Positions 59,221 through 64,000 of a DNA stretch of 64,000 nucleotides are shown here, in pieces. Location: the NCBI GenBank assembly GCA_027717645.1, contig JALLOG010000001.1, positions 1,951 through 65,950 of the forward strand, written 5' to 3'. The notes beneath the pieces are model-generated. The model made no database searches. It worked only from the letters and a program-made list of their open reading frames with translations, and was not told the DNA's origin. Within the stretch, counting starts at the first letter, position 1. Each line of letters begins with the position of its first letter. A program made the position numbers and the translations under genes. The DNA is from Desulfobacterota bacterium AH_259_B03_O07. GTDB taxonomy: Bacteria; Desulfobacterota_D; UBA1144; Nemesobacterales; CSP1-2.

Positions 59221-60351
59221 ATGAAATTTGTCGATTCGCATACACATCTTGAACTTTTTGCCCTTAAATCGATACCGATTGAAAGGGCTAAGTCAAAAGA
59301 GGAATTGATTCAAATGCTAGGAAGCACGAATGTCAGACCTTTGGTTGTATGGGGATGGAATGAAGAGTCAATTGGAGATAACATTACTAAAGATGACCTT
59401 AATAGATTTCCTTTCCCGTTACTTCTCATAAGAATTGATGGCCATATGGGAGTAGTTAACGATAAGGTTATTAAATCTTTTAATATAATTAGGTCGGATA
59501 AATTTGATCCGGATTTGGGACATGTTTATGAAGAGGAGCTTTGGAACATAGCCTCTATTTTGAAACCAAAAGAGAGAAAAGAGCATTTATTAAGGGCTCA
59601 GGATGAAGCGATCTCAAAGGGCATTGTAGAAGTTCATGACTTTGTAGATACCAGGACTGCTGAGGCATTTTTCAAACTGAGAGAAGGTGGAGAACTTAAA
59701 ATAAGTGTAGTATTAATGCCTTATTATGATGATTATAAAAATGTATTAAAACTTTTTGATAGATATGGAGATGATGAATATTTAAAGTTTGGTTGGATTA
59801 AAATCTTTGTTGACGGTTCTATTGGGGCTAGGACCGCCTATTTGAGTGGGAATTATACAGATAAAGCCAGTAGGGGTATTCTTTTAAAAGCTGAAAAAGA
59901 ACTAGTAGAATTGATAGGTGAACTTGAGAGGAGAGGTCTAAAAACCGCTTTACATGCGATTGGTGATGCTGCTATTGAAGTTGCTCTAAATGCGTTAGAA
60001 AAGGCAAACGTGAAATTAAAGGGACATAGGATAGAGCACGCAGAGATGATTAATGATAATCAGGCAACTAGGGTTAGGGAAATGGGTATATCACTTTGTA
60101 TACAACCCAACTTCAATCCTGTATTTATGGAAACTTATGTTAAGGCTTTGGGACAAGAAAGGGCAGGTACCATAAATCCTCTTAAGATGCTTGATGAGAA
60201 GAAGGTCAATATAATCTTTGGCTCTGACATGATGCCCTTTGATCCGGAAGTGGGATTAAACTATGCTTCAAAAATTCTTGGTGGAGAAAAAGCTTTGTAT
60301 TATTACGGGGGATGGAGGGATAAGCTAGATACAAGGATGCCACCTCAGTAA
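59221..60351 (+). CDS. metal-dependent amidohydrolase (amidohydrolase_3-like)
   Basis: MKFVDSHTHLE, HAIGDAAIE, RIEHAEMI, FGSDMMP. ATG 59221 follows AAGGA. Confidence 0.8.
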   Translation: MKFVDSHTHLELFALKSIPIERAKSKEELIQMLGSTNVRPLVVWGWNEESIGDNITKDDLNRFPFPLLLIRIDGHMGVVNDKVIKSFNIIRSDKFDPDLGHVYEEELWNIASILKPKERKEHLLRAQDEAISKGIVEVHDFVDTRTAEAFFKLREGGELKISVVLMPYYDDYKNVLKLFDRYGDDEYLKFGWIKIFVDGSIGARTAYLSGNYTDKASRGILLKAEKELVELIGELERRGLKTALHAIGDAAIEVALNALEKANVKLKGHRIEHAEMINDNQATRVREMGISLCIQPNFNPVFMETYVKALGQERAGTINPLKMLDEKKVNIIFGSDMMPFDPEVGLNYASKILGGEKALYYYGGWRDKLDTRMPPQ

Positions 60352-60376
60352 TTTAAAAGTAATGGTATAATGTACT

Positions 60377-60401
60377 CGTAGGAGTGGCTTCTCGCCACGA
60401 T
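60377..60401 (+). repeat. REP-like hairpin element, copy 4 (stem GTGGC/GCCAC)
   Basis: CGTAGGAGTGGCTTCTCGCCACGAT. Confidence 0.8.
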
Positions 60402-60503
60402 TTTTCTGGCTGTCGGTTTTATCTCGCGCCTAGAAGGCCCTCCAAAAGTAACATCCTACGAAGAACCTCACGTCCCGTAAGCGCATCATCCTGGCGCGAT
60501 CCG

Positions 60504-60528
60504 ATCGCAGCTGGAAGCTGCTCCTACA
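60504..60528 (-). repeat. REP-like hairpin element, copy 5 (exact reverse complement of copy 1)
   Basis: ATCGCAGCTGGAAGCTGCTCCTACA is the reverse complement of 31157-31181, 25/25. Confidence 0.85.
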
Positions 60529-61045
60529 TTGATGATGTCATTGCTGTAGATGTCACGTAATTCGAGGACAGAATCCAAAAAAACAATAAATTTTCTCAAA
60601 CTTTACTCATCCGTCATCCTCGAATGTTTGAATCGGGGATCTGGGGATCTATCGTTTAATATTTTATTTTCTTTGTCTTGATACAAAGAAACAAAAATCA
60701 AGGGCTGTCAAAAAATTAGGATTTATTAAATCAATTCCTACAGCTAAAAATATTTAGCTTTTATTAACTGATGCCGAATCTTCATATCCTTTGATTCGGT
60801 TAAATCTTTTTTTAACGCTTCCGGAATTGATTTTGGCAATTTTTTGAATGCCCATTTAAAATCGAAAAGGCTGTCCCCGAAATATCTAAGATCTACAATT
60901 GCGATGAGCGAAGTGAAGAAGCAATGTCAAAATATGAGATCGCCACGCTACAGCTCGCGATAACAGGAAAGAATGTCATTCCGAACCCTGTCCTGTGAAA
61001 CGACGAAGGGACTGGTCGTCTACCCACTTACTAAAAAAATATCTT

Positions 61046-61070
61046 CCCCCTTGATGGGGGTGTATTTTTT
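61046..61070 (+). terminator. orphan terminator-like hairpin (CCCCC ttgat GGGGG + T-run)
   Basis: 5-bp GC stem, then TGTATTTTTT. An A-run on the other side makes it potentially bidirectional. No annotated gene ends nearby. Confidence 0.35.
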
Positions 61071-61230
61071 AAATGTAGCGGAGACATTTCAAATTGTTAC
61101 TAGGCTATTTACAATCACTACGAAAGTCTGGGTGTGAAAATGAATTATTTATCAATTCTTCTTTTCATGTTCATTTACTTCCAGCATAATTATTCATTTG
61201 AAAGATATTAAATGATTTTTACTTTAATCC

Positions 61231-61845
61231 TTGACCGAAATTATTAAAGAAGAAAAACCTAAATCTCCTCAAAAGGCCGCTTCGGTACTAAATGGTGGAG
61301 GGGTGATCATATATCCTACTGATACACTCTATGGGATTGGGGCAGATGCTTTTGATGAGCAATCTGTACGGAATGTTTTTATTTCAAAGGGTAGGCCTGT
61401 TGGTAACCCAATTCCTATTTTAGTTAAGAATGAAGCCATGCTTAGAGAGGTAGGAGAGGTTTCGGAGGTAGCATCTATACTTATTGATAAGTTTCTTCCC
61501 GGACCGCTTACAGTAGTTCTTAATGAGAAAGAAAAATTCCCTCCCTTAGTAACGGCGGGAACACGGAAAGTTGCCATCAGAATATCGAGCCATCCATTTG
61601 TAGTTCGCTTATTTAATTTAATATCAAGGCCTATAACTTCTAGCAGTGCCAATATAAGTGGACAGGATAATATTTTCGATTTCAATAGCGTATATAAAGC
61701 TTTTGACACCAAAGTTGATCTTATTATTGATTCGGGTACTCTTGACAAATCAAAGGGATCTACGGTTGTTGATTTAACAGTTAGTCCACCCATAATAGTC
61801 CGAGAAGGTGATATAAGCAGAAAGTTGATTGAGGAAATTTTTTAA
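61231..61845 (+). CDS. tsaC: L-threonylcarbamoyladenylate synthase (TsaC/YrdC family)
   Basis: GGVIIYPTDTLYGIGADA, KGRPVGNPIPILV, SSANISG; TTG start. Confidence 0.88.
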   Translation: MTEIIKEEKPKSPQKAASVLNGGGVIIYPTDTLYGIGADAFDEQSVRNVFISKGRPVGNPIPILVKNEAMLREVGEVSEVASILIDKFLPGPLTVVLNEKEKFPPLVTAGTRKVAIRISSHPFVVRLFNLISRPITSSSANISGQDNIFDFNSVYKAFDTKVDLIIDSGTLDKSKGSTVVDLTVSPPIIVREGDISRKLIEEIF

Positions 61846-63071
61846 TGTCAACTGTAAAGGGTTTTCGCGGGTTTCGTTATAATCCAGAAAAAGTTGATAA
61901 AATCGTAAAAGTCCTTGCCCCCCCATATGATGTTATAAGCCCAGAGGAGCAAAGCGAGCTATATAGTGATAGTCCCTATAATGTAGTACGCTTGATTCTT
62001 TCAACGTGCGAAGGAGAACGTAAATATAATAAAGCCGGTGAGACCTTTAGGGAATGGATCAATCAAAATATCCTAATTCAGGACAGTAAACCCTCAATTT
62101 ATCCCTATCATCAGGAATTCGAAGTAGATGGAAAAGTTATAAGAAGAAGGGGTTTCATAGCTGCTGTTAGACTTGAAGATTTTACGACGAAAAGGATTTT
62201 TCCTCACGAAAGGACATTTTCTAAGCCTAAATTGGACAGATTAAAACTTACCCTAGCTTGCAAGGCAAACCTCAGCCCAGTTTTTTCGATTTACTCAGAT
62301 CCTGATGGATTAATAGAGGAAGCAATAGATGAAAAAATTACTCAAAAACCCTTGATTGATTCAACTTACAAAGATGGGGTGAGAAACATGCTATGGCAGA
62401 TTTCAGATAGTGATCAGATATCTGAAATTAATAAAGGCATGTTAGATAGTAATCTTCTTATTGCCGACGGACATCATCGATATGAGACTGCTTTGGAGTA
62501 TAGGAATATTCAAAGAGGTAAATTTGGAATGGATGCTGGTGATGCACCTTATGAATGTGTAATGATGTATCTCTCTCGTGCTGAGGACGAAGGACTTATA
62601 ATCAATCCCACTCATAGGCTTTTAAAAAATATTGATTCTCTGGTTTTTAAGGATTTCTTGGGAAAAATTGGCGAGCGGTTTAAAGTTGAGAAGATTAGTA
62701 TAGATAAAGCATTTAACTCTATTGGTTCTCAGGAATTTGTGATTTTGTCGAAGGATTCCAATAGCTCATATAAAGTTTCTCCGAAAAAACTTTACCCTGA
62801 AACTTATAAGAACTTGGGTGTTATGCTACTCCACAATGTAGTTTTTAAAGAGATAATTAGGGAAGAGAAATCGAAGATTCTATATACAAAATCTACAAGA
62901 GAAGTTACTGAATTAATTGACAAAGGTGAATATACCCTTGCATTTATCCTGCCCCCAGTATCTTCATTAGATATTTTTGCAATAGTTTCAGCTGATAATA
63001 AGCTGCCACACAAAACAACCTATTTTTATCCCAAGATTCTTTCCGGCTTAGTTTTTAATCCACTTTGGTAA
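61845..63071 (+). CDS. DUF1015-family protein
   Basis: FRGFRYNPEKV...LAPPYDVIS and IADGHHRYETAL; 408 aa. Confidence 0.8.
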   Translation: MSTVKGFRGFRYNPEKVDKIVKVLAPPYDVISPEEQSELYSDSPYNVVRLILSTCEGERKYNKAGETFREWINQNILIQDSKPSIYPYHQEFEVDGKVIRRRGFIAAVRLEDFTTKRIFPHERTFSKPKLDRLKLTLACKANLSPVFSIYSDPDGLIEEAIDEKITQKPLIDSTYKDGVRNMLWQISDSDQISEINKGMLDSNLLIADGHHRYETALEYRNIQRGKFGMDAGDAPYECVMMYLSRAEDEGLIINPTHRLLKNIDSLVFKDFLGKIGERFKVEKISIDKAFNSIGSQEFVILSKDSNSSYKVSPKKLYPETYKNLGVMLLHNVVFKEIIREEKSKILYTKSTREVTELIDKGEYTLAFILPPVSSLDIFAIVSADNKLPHKTTYFYPKILSGLVFNPLW

Positions 63072-63258
63072 GATTTTTCATAATCATTTCCTTGCCTTGT
63101 TTATTTAACCTCATAAATGCACACCCTAAAGTGCTCTCTTCATAACTACCTCCCGTATTTTGAAGTTCGGTTTTATTAGCCCGTTGAATGTCGTTAGGTG
63201 ACGTGCCCCACGTTGAGTTTAAAAGTGCTTTGTCGCTGGTACCAGTTGCATAAAACAA
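63055..63258 (-). CDS. hypothetical protein; frame stays open upstream through a TM-like segment without a canonical start
   Basis: 67-aa tracked ORF (TTG start). In-frame upstream codons encode IIIVSSAVLVVLFIVVGFFL back to the TGA at about 63340. Confidence 0.25.
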   Translation of the reverse strand: MFYATGTSDKALLNSTWGTSPNDIQRANKTELQNTGGSYEESTLGCAFMRLNKQGKEMIMKNLTKVD

Positions 63259-63545
63259 GAGATTATTTTTCTTTATATAGGTGTTAAGAAAGAATCCGAC
63301 AACAATAAATAATACAACTAGTACAGCAGAACTAACTATTATTATTCCTCAAAAATTATTCACGTTAACCCATGCACTAATTTATAAAATCAAAAATTTC
63401 ATGATTATTTTAAAGGGCTGGAATCCAATGAAATTATTAGAAGGTGAGATACCACTATCCCAAGCCCCAGGCGTCCGGCCCAGCGGATGGTTAGGTAGCG
63501 AAATTAAACTTATGATTTTTTCTTTCTAACTTCCTTATCGCTCTA

Positions 63546-64000
63546 TCATGAATTTTTTTTAGGAGACGTAGCTTCATAGATTCTTCCCTTCCAAACGTAT
63601 CTCGATCCCCTTTGAACAATAGAAATATAAGGGGCTGAATCTGAACTTTCCAATATTGCGGCCCGTTGTTGCTCTGTGAGTGGGAAGGTTACATCAATTA
63701 CTCGTTCAAGAACACTAAAATTTTCCGTTGCTATTTGAATGATTTTCTCGCTATCTGAAAGGCCTATTGCAACAGGGAAATACAATCTTCCTCCATCAGT
63801 TAAATATTTTCCAGCTTGTTCTATAAGTGGTATAATTACTTCGGTTCCATCTTTACCTCCGGTAGGAATGTCGAGTGGATACCATCCTAAAGATCGCGCA
63901 GGCCCTTCGGCTATTCCAGAGACGTCTCCTATTATAACGTCGCTCTTTAATCCGGAAGGAATTGGATCAAATAAATTCCCTTTATGAACACATACTTTAT
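63546..64000 (-). CDS. class I methyltransferase-like protein, N-terminus beyond window edge
   Basis: The frame is open from 63998: ...SDVIIGDVSGIAEGPARSLGWYPLDIPTGGKDGTEVIIPLIEQAGKYLTDGGRLYFPVAIGLSD... It continues into tracked ORF 63546..63785. Confidence 0.5.
   Translation of the reverse strand, partial: KVCVHKGNLFDPIPSGLKSDVIIGDVSGIAEGPARSLGWYPLDIPTGGKDGTEVIIPLIEQAGKYLTDGGRLYFPVAIGLSDSEKIIQIATENFSVLERVIDVTFPLTEQQRAAILESSDSAPYISIVQRGSRYVWKGRIYEATSPKKNS

Noticed and set aside
1-64000. Alternative genetic code (TAA or TGA reassigned) to explain the in-frame stops
   Set aside because: Housekeeping genes end cleanly on TAA (nadE, gltB) and on TGA (the MNT gene, sugE, the SDR). The long ORFs need no reassignment. 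The stops are confined to accessory genes.

Overview
Bacterial chromosomal segment, roughly 40% G+C by eye. The taxon cannot be assigned without database searches. I call about 60 protein genes, 3 RNA genes, several gene remnants and a family of short hairpin repeats. All domain calls rest on motifs I recognise in the translations; no searches were run.

Backbone genes:
- 1-8.3 kb: a tightly packed minus-strand nucleotide-sugar operon with GmhA/HddA/HddC-type heptose activation genes, two oxidoreductases, a divergent UGDH-family gene, an epimerase and a GT2.
- 11.2-20.6 kb: nadE-gltB-gltD-tyrS.
- 20.7-23.4 kb: RNase P RNA directly behind rnhA and a COG1579 zinc-ribbon gene, then tRNA(CAU) and birA.
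- Further along: metY-metX, patatin, CoA-transferase A/B, selO, pcrA/uvrD, a DsbA-like lipoprotein, a B12-radical-SAM gene, gdx/sugE, tRNA-Gln, ispE, glcD-glcE-DUF3891-glcF, an amidohydrolase, tsaC and DUF1015.

Accessory or decaying material:
- Two IS remnants beside an apparently truncated GT-C gene (8.6-10.3 kb).
- A P450 with two in-frame TAA codons.
- REP/MITE-like hairpin repeats filling three ORF-free gaps (31.05-31.66, 58.65-59.22 and 60.35-61.23 kb).
- A small toxin-antitoxin/defence islet at 49.9-53.6 kb.

The islet is my best candidate for something undescribed. A roughly 60-aa acidic ORF occurs three times. Each copy is preceded by the 3' end, or a decayed trace, of a HicB-like gene. 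Each sits immediately 3' of a different module: MNT-HEPN, HicB-like, or an EVE/PUA-like reader fused to a PD-(D/E)xK-like domain.
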